Below are positions 10,088-18,390 of a stretch of 60,768 nt of DNA, piece after piece. The stretch comes from a virus. Both the position numbers and the translations under genes were made by a program. The stretch lies in the IMG/VR virus record IMGVR_UViG_3300045988_117276, one strand, 5' to 3'. A model generated the notes under the pieces. That model was given only the letters and a program-made list of their open reading frames with translations, ran no database searches and was not told where the DNA came from. Every line of letters begins with the position of its first letter. Position 1 is the first letter of the stretch.

Positions 10088-10275
10088 TACTCATCAAATT
10101 TCATATTTTCACCAAAGAAATCCTTATCAGATACTTCCTTAAGTACCTCCCCATCGTATACAGCGTGCAACTTATCTTTTTGCATGATGATCAAATTGCG
10201 ATATGGAATTTTACAAACGACTTCATCATACGACAAATGAAGGCTATCCATGAACGACGCAATTTGCCCCAACAT
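10087..10275 (-). CDS. Tail assembly chaperone, downstream -1-frame segment (gpT-like)
   Basis: 62-aa ORF in the -1 frame relative to the preceding chaperone gene. By my translation its frame is open for at least about 30 codons upstream, into the 3' end of that gene. Confidence 0.5.
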   Translation of the reverse strand: MLGQIASFMDSLHLSYDEVVCKIPYRNLIIMQKDKLHAVYDGEVLKEVSDKDFFGENMKFDE

Positions 10276-10286
10276 ACAATCATTGC

Positions 10287-10670
10287 CTATAACCTCTGTT
10301 TTGCTGTTAGATTTGCTACGTTCTTCGCTAAACCTAACAGCGTCATAAAATTTTTCACATCTATCAGAGAGTAAGCCGCTGTAAGACCGGATAATACTTC
10401 TTCTAAGGTCCCATGAGACAATTCTTCGGACAATGAATCACTTCCATCTATAAACCAAGAAAGTGCGCTAGAAGCGACAGAAATGTCCTTCAATGAAGAT
10501 ATAACACCTGCTATATCCTTGTTGTCATCAAGAACTGCGAGATAGGCCGAAGCACCGGCTATTTTATGTATAGTAGGCGGATTTACGCGATACATTTTCC
10601 CATTTACAATGATTGGGATGAAATCCTTTCCTGTGATAGCTTCTGATATAAGTATGGCTGCTTTATTCAT
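10287..10670 (-). CDS. Tail assembly chaperone (gpG-like)
   Basis: 127-aa ORF between the tube protein and the tape measure. Start set at MNKAAILISE (ATG 10670) because the upstream part of the track ORF covers a terminator. Confidence 0.55.
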   Translation of the reverse strand: MNKAAILISEAITGKDFIPIIVNGKMYRVNPPTIHKIAGASAYLAVLDDNKDIAGVISSLKDISVASSALSWFIDGSDSLSEELSHGTLEEVLSGLTAAYSLIDVKNFMTLLGLAKNVANLTAKQRL

Positions 10671-10683
10671 AATGATATTTATT

Positions 10684-10715
10684 AAAAAGGGGTGAGATAC
10701 ATAAATCCTCACCCC
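10684..10715 (-). terminator. Rho-independent terminator after the major tail gene
   Basis: Minus strand reads GGGGTGAG-GATTTATGTAT-CTCACCCC followed by TTTTT. Confidence 0.6.
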
Positions 10716-10884
10716 CCTCACCACTTTATAATATAGATAATGTTTCTGCTGATCGCGAAGTATCTTCCTCTCCATTCCCCTCATAGTTAACAGCAGTTCC
10801 AGCGTTCACCCGCTTTGACTTAGTCGTAGAACTATTCAAATTGAGAGAAGCATCAGAAGACATAGATGCGACGTTCTCATCAGC

Positions 10885-11409
10885 TCATGCGGCATCTACT
10901 TTTTCCCCGTCGAACATATAGTCACTCTTCACGCTGGCGCTAGGATTTCCCATAGCAACAGCTGTTACTCCCAGACCAATATTCTTTTCCACAGCATTCC
11001 CTTTAGCAATGACCGCAGCATTGGTGAATACAATATAGTTTCCGGTCTTTGTCTGTCCGACAATGGCTTTGTTGACAATGCCCGGAGTATCAGAAGCGGC
11101 CCATCCTGCATCTGTATCAACTTTTTCTCCGCCTTGCAGATCTACCTTGTCATCAAAGGAGAAAACTCCCATAGTGAAAGCAATTGTTTTAGCCCCTTTT
11201 TGCGTCACATCACGATAATAGATGCTACCATTCAACTCGTTAATATAGTCGGTATAGGTAGGATCATCTTCCGTATACGTCCAAGTATCTTGATGAGAGT
11301 TCTCAACTTCTGTAGCAGTACCTAACCAAGTTTTAAGGCTAGTTTTAGTTACAGCAGAAGTAATAACATCACCGTACCAAATCTTTTTAATTCCTATAAA
11401 CGGTTTCAT
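10885..11409 (-). CDS. Major tail (tube) protein
   Basis: 174-aa ORF in the tube-protein position, after the neck genes and before the chaperones, followed by a terminator that would favour high expression. Confidence 0.65.
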   Translation of the reverse strand: MKPFIGIKKIWYGDVITSAVTKTSLKTWLGTATEVENSHQDTWTYTEDDPTYTDYINELNGSIYYRDVTQKGAKTIAFTMGVFSFDDKVDLQGGEKVDTDAGWAASDTPGIVNKAIVGQTKTGNYIVFTNAAVIAKGNAVEKNIGLGVTAVAMGNPSASVKSDYMFDGEKVDAA

Positions 11410-11415
11410 ATCTTT

Positions 11416-11820
11416 TTAATTTACGTTTAATACTTCAAATAATAATTTTAGATTCACATAGTAACAACATAACTCCTTATCTTCCTCTATCCCGATAGTC
11501 TCAGAAGAATACCGGTACCATGAACCGTCATATTGCCCTACAGTTCCATCTTTGAACATCTCTTTAGCCTTTCTCTCCAATTCATTCAAACGAATCAAAT
11601 TGGCCTTCCCCGATCTAGATAAAGGAACACAAAGATTAACTTCAACGTATCCTCTTTCCCAATAGGTATCGGGCTGTTGAGTCTTGGGATAAACTACAAT
11701 CCTTTCAGCATTTACCTTACCTTCAGGTATATTACCTCTCTGGTATACTTCAGAAATTCCAAAAGACTTGCAATCCTTAAATATTATGTTCGCGATGTCT
11801 GTTGTTGCAATCATATCCAA
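11416..11820 (-). CDS. Neck / tail-completion protein
   Basis: 134-aa ORF, last of three small coupled genes between the capsid and tube genes. Confidence 0.5.
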   Translation of the reverse strand: MDMIATTDIANIIFKDCKSFGISEVYQRGNIPEGKVNAERIVVYPKTQQPDTYWERGYVEVNLCVPLSRSGKANLIRLNELERKAKEMFKDGTVGQYDGSWYRYSSETIGIEEDKELCCYYVNLKLLFEVLNVN

Positions 11821-12146
11821 ATATCACATCTACCTTTAAACTCTTCCGAATAACACTCGGCATTTTTCTTCACTTCACCTTCTCCAACAGTATTATCGTC
11901 AGAATCCAAGCATCTTACACGGTTTCCTAGAGGAATCTTACCTCCTTCGTAGACAACATGATAGTTATAAACCCAACGCTCACCGTTTACCGACACTTCC
12001 TTCTGCTGTGAATTGTCATGGCAGAAGCAGTCAGCGACATCCTGCCAAGATTCTCCGCCTGTTCCTGGAACTAGCCGGCCATATTCGTCATTCTCTTCTG
12101 GAGTAATAACCAACATTTGCAGTTTATGTGGAGCTGTTTCTAGCAT
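11811..12146 (-). CDS. Head-closure / head-tail adaptor protein
   Basis: 111-aa ORF in the neck module, overlapping its neighbours. Confidence 0.5.
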   Translation of the reverse strand: MLETAPHKLQMLVITPEENDEYGRLVPGTGGESWQDVADCFCHDNSQQKEVSVNGERWVYNYHVVYEGGKIPLGNRVRCLDSDDNTVGEGEVKKNAECYSEEFKGRCDIWI

Positions 12147-12147
12147 A

Positions 12148-12471
12148 TTACCAAAAAGTTAATTTAGCCTTATCGGTATTCAATTCATCCTCTAATCCAT
12201 ATTTATTGCATAAGTATGAATAATAGGACTTTACTCCATTTATATCCCAAGATAAAGACTTTGAGTGACCGTTTTCACTAACAGACTTAGATGTAGCCCG
12301 AAGGAGCAAGGATGGAATAAAGCGAGCAATAGCAACTGCTACTGTATCAATAGTGTCTTTATCAACCTCGTCCACCTCTCCGGATGAAAGAATGATTTCA
12401 AATAAGTCAGCCTCCGACAATTGAATGCCGAAGGTCTGAAACTTCTGTTTTATGTAGTCACCGGTTGTCAT
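12148..12471 (-). CDS. Head-tail connector protein
   Basis: 107-aa ORF immediately after the capsid gene. Confidence 0.5.
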   Translation of the reverse strand: MTTGDYIKQKFQTFGIQLSEADLFEIILSSGEVDEVDKDTIDTVAVAIARFIPSLLLRATSKSVSENGHSKSLSWDINGVKSYYSYLCNKYGLEDELNTDKAKLTFW

Positions 12472-12473
12472 AT

Positions 12474-13553
12474 TTACGCATTCATGGTGTCAAGGTCGAG
12501 AATAACGATCTTGTTTGGAGCCGTATATTCCGGAATCCATTCAGCACCATATTCCATAAAACGGCCTTCATCTGTACGTACATTAGAAATATACATACCA
12601 CCTTCCGAACGAGTATAGGCCTTTCCCGGAATTGGATCAGTAATTTCATACGGAGTATGCCAGCGCATCTTTCCCTGCTTAGGCGTGGTAAACAAAGAAA
12701 TACGGTTGTCTTTGAATACCTGTTTAAAAGAACCATCTGACAGTTCCACCAAATCTTCATTGATAACAATAGGAGGCAATCCCAATCCCCTGAAGATAGT
12801 CGTAGCCATCTCGCTAGACATAAGTCCGGCAGATAGTTGTACTTCTTTAGAGTCAAAGCTTTGCTTATAGAATTCGCCAAAATCTTTTGCACCAACAATA
12901 CTGTTGATGAAAGTCTTACGAGACATCTCCATAGATACAAACATGCCAAACTTTGTACGTAATTCTACAACCTTTTCCATGAGATAACGTACAAAATTTA
13001 ACTTATCTTTCACTTCTGGAGTGATGCGATGAACAGGAAGTACCATATCAAGCATTTCAATCCCTTGCGGATTATCATCTACCTTGACAGACGCTTTTCC
13101 GTCAGAGCGAAGATCACCGTCCACAATATCCATACGTTTGTGGGGAGCAAGCATAACTTGACGCATATCGTCTACAATATAATTGATAATATCGTCCAAT
13201 GCTGCCCGTTGATCAGCAGTCTTTGCCTGATTGAACTTATTGATTAGTTCTTGCAGCATATCTAGTCTATCGTTATCCATTTGATAGCGGTCTCCTAGAT
13301 AAGCTACTTCGCCATAACCGGAACCTAGAGATTTGCGTTCCCTCAAAGGTTTATTGGAATTGCGATCAATTACAGAACCAGCGGTAACACCTGTTACTGT
13401 GCCCAAATATGTTTTGAACACACGGGATTTTGTTTCTTCAAAATCAAGGTGCTTTTTCCAAAATATCTGATCTAATTTTAGAGCCTGAACGCGGTCAATA
13501 ACCGCTTTTACAACTCCGGGATCATTTAGTAACGTTTGAATAGTCAAATACAT
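12474..13553 (-). CDS. Major capsid protein (lambda gpE-like family)
   Basis: 359 aa in the expected position after the scaffold. A GGAGG Shine-Dalgarno motif lies 4 nt upstream. Length and sequence feel match capsid-E-type proteins. Confidence 0.8.
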   Translation of the reverse strand: MYLTIQTLLNDPGVVKAVIDRVQALKLDQIFWKKHLDFEETKSRVFKTYLGTVTGVTAGSVIDRNSNKPLRERKSLGSGYGEVAYLGDRYQMDNDRLDMLQELINKFNQAKTADQRAALDDIINYIVDDMRQVMLAPHKRMDIVDGDLRSDGKASVKVDDNPQGIEMLDMVLPVHRITPEVKDKLNFVRYLMEKVVELRTKFGMFVSMEMSRKTFINSIVGAKDFGEFYKQSFDSKEVQLSAGLMSSEMATTIFRGLGLPPIVINEDLVELSDGSFKQVFKDNRISLFTTPKQGKMRWHTPYEITDPIPGKAYTRSEGGMYISNVRTDEGRFMEYGAEWIPEYTAPNKIVILDLDTMNA

Positions 13554-13567
13554 AGTTCCTCCTTTCT

Positions 13568-14158
13568 TTAATAAGTGAACATAAATCTGTCACCCAGAGT
13601 CTCTTTATCCTTATCGGAGACAGGAACAATGAGTCTTGTCGGTCTAATCTCATATGCTTGACCAATAGCAGTTACAGTCGCACCTGCTTCGACTTTAGTC
13701 CACGCATAGTTTAATGCTGTAGCCGTTGCTTTTGCCGTTTTCCCAGCTACTGCAGTAGCTTCAAATAATACTGCACCCTTCTCGGAGGCAAGCGTTGGAG
13801 AAGCTGCAAGTGTAACGGTGTCGTATTCTGCACTGCTTTTGTCAATAGCTTCAATAGTACCACCATTTGTTCCATTACCAATATGCATACCATTGTATGC
13901 AAGAGAATTTTTCTTGATTTTCAAAGAAGTAGAACCGGCAGTAATCTTTTCAGCTACTTCAACATTAATAACAGCTTTTGCCGTCCGTTTTACAAAATCA
14001 AGAACCAAGGGGGTAAGAGGCGGAATTTGCGCAACCCCTGTTAAATTCGAAATATCCAAATTGAATCCACCAGAATAACGATATACCGTTTCAAAACGGC
14101 ACATTTCTGGCATTGATGCTTCAATTGGCTTTAAATCATACTTAAAACCTGCTGGCAT
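13568..14158 (-). CDS. Capsid-associated protein (possible decoration/cement protein)
   Basis: 196-aa Ala/Thr-rich ORF between the scaffold and capsid genes. Confidence 0.4.
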   Translation of the reverse strand: MPAGFKYDLKPIEASMPEMCRFETVYRYSGGFNLDISNLTGVAQIPPLTPLVLDFVKRTAKAVINVEVAEKITAGSTSLKIKKNSLAYNGMHIGNGTNGGTIEAIDKSSAEYDTVTLAASPTLASEKGAVLFEATAVAGKTAKATATALNYAWTKVEAGATVTAIGQAYEIRPTRLIVPVSDKDKETLGDRFMFTY

Positions 14159-14160
14159 AA

Positions 14161-14790
14161 TTAATCCTGTTTAGAGTTTTTAATTTCTTCTGTACCCTTA
14201 TTTATCAGGCTTGCAATATCGTTGGCATCGTTCTGCCCACCATTACCTGACTCGGGAGTTCTCACATCTTGAAATCCTGCGTTGGCAAACGTTTGTTTTG
14301 CGTCCTTGAAGTAATTATCCAAGTCAGCATCTTCTGGAATGTTCAACATAGGAACAAGGTTTTCGGGAATACCATAATCCTTAGCCTTTGCAATGACCTG
14401 CTCCTGACGTGTGGCTTGTGCCTTCTCGGTTTCAAATTGAGCGAGCTTATCAGAAAGAGGCTTAACAGCCATGCTTACCGCATTTGCAATCAGAGTTGCC
14501 ATATCTTCTTTCTTTTCGCCTGGAGAAGGATTGGGATTAGGAGCTGGATTCTCGATTTTCTTTCTCAATTCGTCCAATTGTTTTTGTAGACCCGTTTTTT
14601 CGTTTCTAACAGTATCAATGTCCCCTTGAAAAGCCTTCAAAAGCCCTTCGACCCCGCTAGTAGCAGTTTCTATTTGGCTTTCTTCAGTTACGGTTTTAGA
14701 CAAGTAGTCAGCCACCCCGTCAAACGCTTTATCACCAAACCCAAAGGTTTTATACTTCGTTTTTAGTGCTACTAAGATTTTTTCTTTCAT
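14161..14790 (-). CDS. Capsid scaffolding protein
   Basis: About 209 aa, charged helical sequence with a PNPNPSPGEKKE linker, directly upstream of the capsid genes. Start at MKEKILVALKTKYK. Confidence 0.6.
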   Translation of the reverse strand: MKEKILVALKTKYKTFGFGDKAFDGVADYLSKTVTEESQIETATSGVEGLLKAFQGDIDTVRNEKTGLQKQLDELRKKIENPAPNPNPSPGEKKEDMATLIANAVSMAVKPLSDKLAQFETEKAQATRQEQVIAKAKDYGIPENLVPMLNIPEDADLDNYFKDAKQTFANAGFQDVRTPESGNGGQNDANDIASLINKGTEEIKNSKQD

Positions 14791-14984
14791 ACTGTATGAA
14801 TTTAATTTTAATTTCAACAGCATAAAATTAAGCTCTATAACGCAGATTTATAAGTATTTCCGTGAAAGAGAAATAACACTTTGCGAATAGTTACAAAATA
14901 GACATTTCTTTCATAAAACAGAGGGACAATTGGTGATAATGGTGGTGAGAAGTAAGAAATAGATTGGGGAATAAAGGAAAGGGC

Positions 14985-15012
14985 AAAAAGAAAGGCGGAT
15001 GTTAGTCCGCCT
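14985..15012 (-). terminator. Rho-independent terminator ending the 15731..15051 cassette
   Basis: Minus strand reads AGGCGGA-CTAACA-TCCGCCT followed by TTCTTTTTG. Confidence 0.6.
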
Positions 15013-15050
15013 TTATAAATTCTAATAATGATTTGTACATTTGCCAAAAA

Positions 15051-15239
15051 TCAATAGAATGTCCCACCTGAGATTGATACTAATAAATTGTAATTTTCTT
15101 CCATCTCTTTAATTTCTTTCTTCTTAGCATCCTTTTCTTCAGGCGTGAGTTTCTTTGTCAAAGATTCCAAAAGACCTTTTCTGAATCTTTTGGCATCTTC
15201 TCCTTTAATTTCAGGAGTATCTTGAATAGGATATGTCAT
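15051..15239 (-). CDS. Small charged protein (62 aa), partner of the 148-aa ORF
   Basis: ORF with a K/E-rich helix (TPEIKGEDAKRFRKGLLESL...). It shares a transcription unit with 15285..15731. Confidence 0.55.
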   Translation of the reverse strand: MTYPIQDTPEIKGEDAKRFRKGLLESLTKKLTPEEKDAKKKEIKEMEENYNLLVSISGGTFY

Positions 15240-15284
15240 AATTACAACATGAATTAGTTTATTATGTATCTATATTATTAAATT

Positions 15285-15731
15285 TTACTCGAAATAATCG
15301 TACTGATCTATAAAAAACTGCTCTATCTCCTCTATTAAATCGGGATTTTCCTTTAATGCAATATTATTTATGAGCATATAAGCGCTTTTATCAATATTTT
15401 CTTTGTGATAAAAATGCACGTCACTAAAATAGGTTGCAACAATTCTTGCATATACTTTATATCGCTTTGTACAACTAACATCTTCATCAAACCCATTTGC
15501 CCCAATAAAACCAAAAGAGGCTTTTTGATCGTTTTGATATATAGTAAGCATAATATTGATACAAGTATTTATAATACGCCTAGGCTCATAGGTGTTAGCC
15601 ATTATCCTATATTTATTCTTAGATAACGAATGATTCTTTTGGTAAAATTTCACTGCATAAATATTAAATTCATACTCTTCAACTCTAACTATATAAGTGA
15701 GATGAGATTTAGTGGATTTAAATCTATACAA
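15285..15731 (-). CDS. Hypothetical protein (148 aa), accessory cassette
   Basis: ORF. The track start is a TTG codon, so the true start is uncertain. No recognisable motif. Confidence 0.55.
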   Translation of the reverse strand: MYRFKSTKSHLTYIVRVEEYEFNIYAVKFYQKNHSLSKNKYRIMANTYEPRRIINTCINIMLTIYQNDQKASFGFIGANGFDEDVSCTKRYKVYARIVATYFSDVHFYHKENIDKSAYMLINNIALKENPDLIEEIEQFFIDQYDYFE

Positions 15732-15796
15732 TGAAACAAAAAGAAGGCCTTTAGAACCCTCTTTATCTCTTTGAATAAAATAATATATTTTAATAG

Positions 15797-16087
15797 TTAA
15801 TCTCCTACGTAATGTGCGCCCATGTAACCTCTGCTACTAGGATTATAGATTTCCCCCGAGAAGTTATATCTTACCACCTCTGCCGGTCTACTGTTTTTAA
15901 GAGAGTCTAGTCTCTTTTCTTCTTCAGCTTTGCGTTTTGCGTCCGCTTCCTGTCTGGCTACGTCCAATTTGGCAAGTCTCCAAGTTGATTTTAGGACCTC
16001 ACCGAAGGTTTTACCTTGCTTCTTACCTACATACTTGTAGGTTCTATGTGCGGTGCGCATTATTTCTGATAAGTTGTAGCGTTTCAT
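15797..16087 (-). CDS. Small basic protein, paralogue of 40624..40881
   Basis: Shares the pattern IM(R/Q)xAxxxxxKYG...(L/A)(K/R)(S/T)(T/S)Wxx A(K/R)L with the 40624 ORF, and the upstream TATATTTGCATCAT promoter motif. Confidence 0.6.
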   Translation of the reverse strand: MKRYNLSEIMRTAHRTYKYVGKKQGKTFGEVLKSTWRLAKLDVARQEADAKRKAEEEKRLDSLKNSRPAEVVRYNFSGEIYNPSSRGYMGAHYVGD

Positions 16088-16133
16088 ATATATATAATTC
16101 TATTATTTCACGTATGTGTTATTAATTATGATG

Positions 16134-16141
16134 CAAATATA
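16134..16141 (-). promoter_or_regulatory. Bacteroidetes-type -7 box (TATATTTG) for 15797..16087
   Basis: The plus strand reads caaatata within gatgcaaatata. The same context recurs at 40959..40966. Confidence 0.45.
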
Positions 16142-16236
16142 ACACATATGTGAATATTAAGCAAGAAAAAGAAAGATTATTTTTCATGTATATGTGAATT
16201 TTATCGTATTTCTTTCTACATATACATTAAATTTTA

Positions 16237-16244
16237 TATATTTG
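16237..16244 (+). promoter_or_regulatory. Bacteroidetes-type -7 box (TATATTTG) for the XRE gene
   Basis: TAnnTTTG match 24 nt upstream of the ATG at 16269, divergent from the 16134 promoter. Confidence 0.45.
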
Positions 16245-16268
16245 CCTCAAAATTTAAATATAACGTTT

Positions 16269-16511
16269 ATGTTAAGAGTAAAAGAAATAGCAAAAGAAAA
16301 AGGATTGACTATGGCAGACGTAGCTAAAAGAATGAATATGTCTCAATCAGGATTATCTATGGCATTAAATCGAAACTTGACATTGGATGTGTTGAGTAGA
16401 ATAGCTGATGCATTAGAAGTAGAGATACCAGACTTATTTGAACGTAAAAAAGAGGAAGAAAACACTATAATCTGCCCAAAATGCGGTTCTAAGTTTAAAT
16501 TAATCGAGTAA
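16269..16511 (+). CDS. XRE-family HTH regulator with C-terminal CxxC zinc-ribbon-like tail
   Basis: MLRVKEIAKEKGLTMADVAKRMNMSQSGLSMALN... is a classic HTH_3 pattern, and the protein ends ICPKCGSKFKLIE. Confidence 0.75.
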   Translation: MLRVKEIAKEKGLTMADVAKRMNMSQSGLSMALNRNLTLDVLSRIADALEVEIPDLFERKKEEENTIICPKCGSKFKLIE

Positions 16512-16575
16512 AATTTGCTTTTTTGTGTGTTTGTATGTTATTTTGTTGCATTGTATAACTAAAACACACAAAGTT

Positions 16576-16914
16576 ATGGAAGGAATTGCACTATTTGTAT
16601 CTATTGTAATCATCGTATTCGGTGTATTACAGATTATTTTGTTTTTTAAGTTATGGGGAATGACTAATAATGTTAAGAAAATAAAGCGCATTTTGAATAA
16701 TAAGAAGGAACAAGATATGGAAATTGGTAAAACAGTCATTGCTGATGGTATAAAGGAAGGAGATCTTGTAGTTGAATTAAAGACGGAAAGACAGATGAGG
16801 GTGGAGAACATTACAAATGATGGGAAATTTGAATGTAAAGCATCGGGAATGATTGTTGGAGTTTTCAAAAGAAATGAGATAGAATTGTTTAATAAATACT
16901 GGGATAAAAAATAA
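16576..16914 (+). CDS. Single-pass membrane protein (112 aa)
   Basis: N-terminal TM segment (GIALFVSIVIIVFGVLQIILFF). Same operon as the XRE gene, and a terminator follows. Confidence 0.6.
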   Translation: MEGIALFVSIVIIVFGVLQIILFFKLWGMTNNVKKIKRILNNKKEQDMEIGKTVIADGIKEGDLVVELKTERQMRVENITNDGKFECKASGMIVGVFKRNEIELFNKYWDKK

Positions 16915-16924
16915 AATTTTTCCC

Positions 16925-16955
16925 GCCCCGTTCCAATTAAGGTTCGGGGCTTTTT
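16925..16955 (+). terminator. Rho-independent terminator
   Basis: GCCCCG-ttccaattaaggtt-CGGGGC followed by TTTTT. Confidence 0.7.
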
Positions 16956-17042
16956 ATTTTCCAGAAGTTAAATTTTCATATTGCATTGAAATATCCAGCT
17001 ATAAAAGTTGTATTATTGTATAACTTTTCTTATCTTTGTTCC

Positions 17043-17375
17043 ATGAGAAAGATAATCACATATAAAACCTATTTCAGCGACTTCATTAAGAAGTTATCCA
17101 AGGATGAAGTAAATAAAATACGTCGTGCATTAGACTTGTTTAAGGTAGAAGATAAAATGCCACGACATTTTATAAAGTTTATACGTGATGGAGTTTATGA
17201 GTTCCGTGTAAATTATGGAAACAATGAATTCCGTATTTTTTTCATATATGACGGTGACACTATTGTGGTTCTTTTTAATGCATTCAAGAAGAAGACGCAA
17301 AAGACACCAAATAATGAAATAGAAAAGGCGTTAAAATTAAAGGAGGAATATTATGGAACTAAAAGAAATCAGTAA
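17043..17375 (+). CDS. higB: Type II toxin, Gp49-like/HigB (RelE/ParE superfamily)
   Basis: YEFRVNYGNNEFRIFFIYDGDTIVVLFNAFKKKTQKTPNNEIEKA matches the Gp49-like killer-protein signature. The toxin gene precedes the antitoxin, as in HigBA. Confidence 0.8.
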   Translation: MRKIITYKTYFSDFIKKLSKDEVNKIRRALDLFKVEDKMPRHFIKFIRDGVYEFRVNYGNNEFRIFFIYDGDTIVVLFNAFKKKTQKTPNNEIEKALKLKEEYYGTKRNQ

Positions 17376-17658
17376 AGACATCTATGATGTAGATGCTTGG
17401 TTGGACGAAGGTCTTGGGAAAGAAGGTACTCCCGAGCGTGAAAAAAATCGAGAAAAGGCATGGGAGGAATATAACGCCCAAATACTCCTTGAGGCCCGAA
17501 AAAATGCACGTCTTACGCAGTCAGAACTTGCTAAGCGTATTGGAGCTGACAAAGGCTATATTTCAAGGGTTGAACGTGGGCTAACAGTTCCTACTGTTGC
17601 TACATTGTATAAAATAGCCTCTGCTATGGGGCTAACAGTGGAATTGCGTCCCGCATAA
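17353..17658 (+). CDS. higA: HigA-type XRE-HTH antitoxin
   Basis: Overlaps the toxin gene by 23 nt. C-terminal HTH_3 (ARLTQSELAKRIGADKGYISRVERG). Confidence 0.8.
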   Translation: MELKEISKDIYDVDAWLDEGLGKEGTPEREKNREKAWEEYNAQILLEARKNARLTQSELAKRIGADKGYISRVERGLTVPTVATLYKIASAMGLTVELRPA

Positions 17659-17699
17659 ATATGCTGTAATGGGAATAAACAATCATCAAAAAATAAATC

Positions 17700-17960
17700 A
17701 TGGAAACATCAAACCAATACTCCGAACTATCTGTTCATTGCGGTAGCAACACGGACAGCATGGAAAAGCTAGTAGATATATGCAAAGAAGAAGCTGATAA
17801 GCTAGCTGAAACTTTATCACTTATCGAAGGTGAGGAAGTGTCCGTCCCTTTTTGGACATCAGGCCCAGGATTCCCCGAACTAATCTGCACCGGGGTATTT
17901 AAAAGGAACGACAGCGGAAAGATCTGCTACGATCTAGACTTTTCGGAATCAACTTTGTAG
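17700..17960 (+). CDS. Hypothetical acidic protein (86 aa)
   Basis: ORF followed by a terminator. Confidence 0.5.
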   Translation: METSNQYSELSVHCGSNTDSMEKLVDICKEEADKLAETLSLIEGEEVSVPFWTSGPGFPELICTGVFKRNDSGKICYDLDFSESTL

Positions 17961-17982
17961 TCCACCTCCCTAACCAGTCTTC

Positions 17983-18007
17983 GCCCGCCGGAAGGTGGGC
18001 TTTTTTT
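17983..18007 (+). terminator. Rho-independent terminator
   Basis: GCCCGCC-GGAA-GGTGGGC followed by TTTTTTT. Confidence 0.75.
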
Positions 18008-18020
18008 GTTTCTGACTAGT

Positions 18021-18060
18021 CAAAACTATCCAAAACTATTAAAAACTATTAAAAACCGAT
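18021..18060. repeat. Four tandem 10-bp A-tract repeats ((c/a)AAAACTAT(c/t), the last degenerate)
   Basis: caaaactatc caaaactatt aaaaactatt aaaaaccgat, with helical-turn periodicity. Confidence 0.85.
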
Positions 18061-18081
18061 AGTATAAATAGTTAATCTGCT

Positions 18082-18097
18082 AATCAATCAATCAATC
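18082..18097. repeat. (AATC)4 microsatellite
   Basis: aatcaatcaatcaatc read directly. Confidence 0.9.
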
Positions 18098-18228
18098 TTG
18101 ATTTGTATTATTTATATTTGCAACATCAAAATAGCGTATCAAAGTTGTGTTACGAACAAAGATATAACTAATTCTGTTAGTGATACTATAAGTAGTACTC
18201 ATAGAAAGTTTATTTTAATTCATCTGAA

Positions 18229-18390
18229 ATGGGAAATATAAAGTTAAAATCGAAAAAGACTAGTTTTTTAAAAAAAGACTCTTCTACTGATGTTAGAAAA
18301 AACAATTCTAATATTAAGTTTGTATTGACTGACGTTTCCAAACAAGAACTTGAGAAGAGAAGAATTCCTGTATATTCTTATCTGCTGTAA
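18229..18390 (+). CDS. Possible small basic protein (53 aa, below the track cutoff)
   Basis: Own translation: MGNIKLKSKKTSFLKKDSSTDVRKNNSNIKFVLTDVSKQELEKRRIPVYSYLL. Confidence 0.3.
   Translation: MGNIKLKSKKTSFLKKDSSTDVRKNNSNIKFVLTDVSKQELEKRRIPVYSYLL

Noticed and set aside
10287-10784. The long form of the chaperone ORF starting at 10784 (MRGMERKILRDQQKH...).
   Set aside because: The extension covers the terminator hairpin at 10684..10715. The ATG at 10670 directly follows it.
12482-12949. 155-aa alternative-frame ORF inside the major capsid gene, plus similar internal or antisense ORFs throughout (e.g. 8404..8970, 28648..29244, 31939..32205).
   Set aside because: They are fully nested in or antisense to strongly supported genes, and their composition is typical of off-frame translation.
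14835-15047. 70-aa ORF between the accessory cassette and the scaffold gene.
   Set aside because: It spans a clear terminator hairpin (14985..15012) and promoter-like AT-rich DNA. Probably non-coding.
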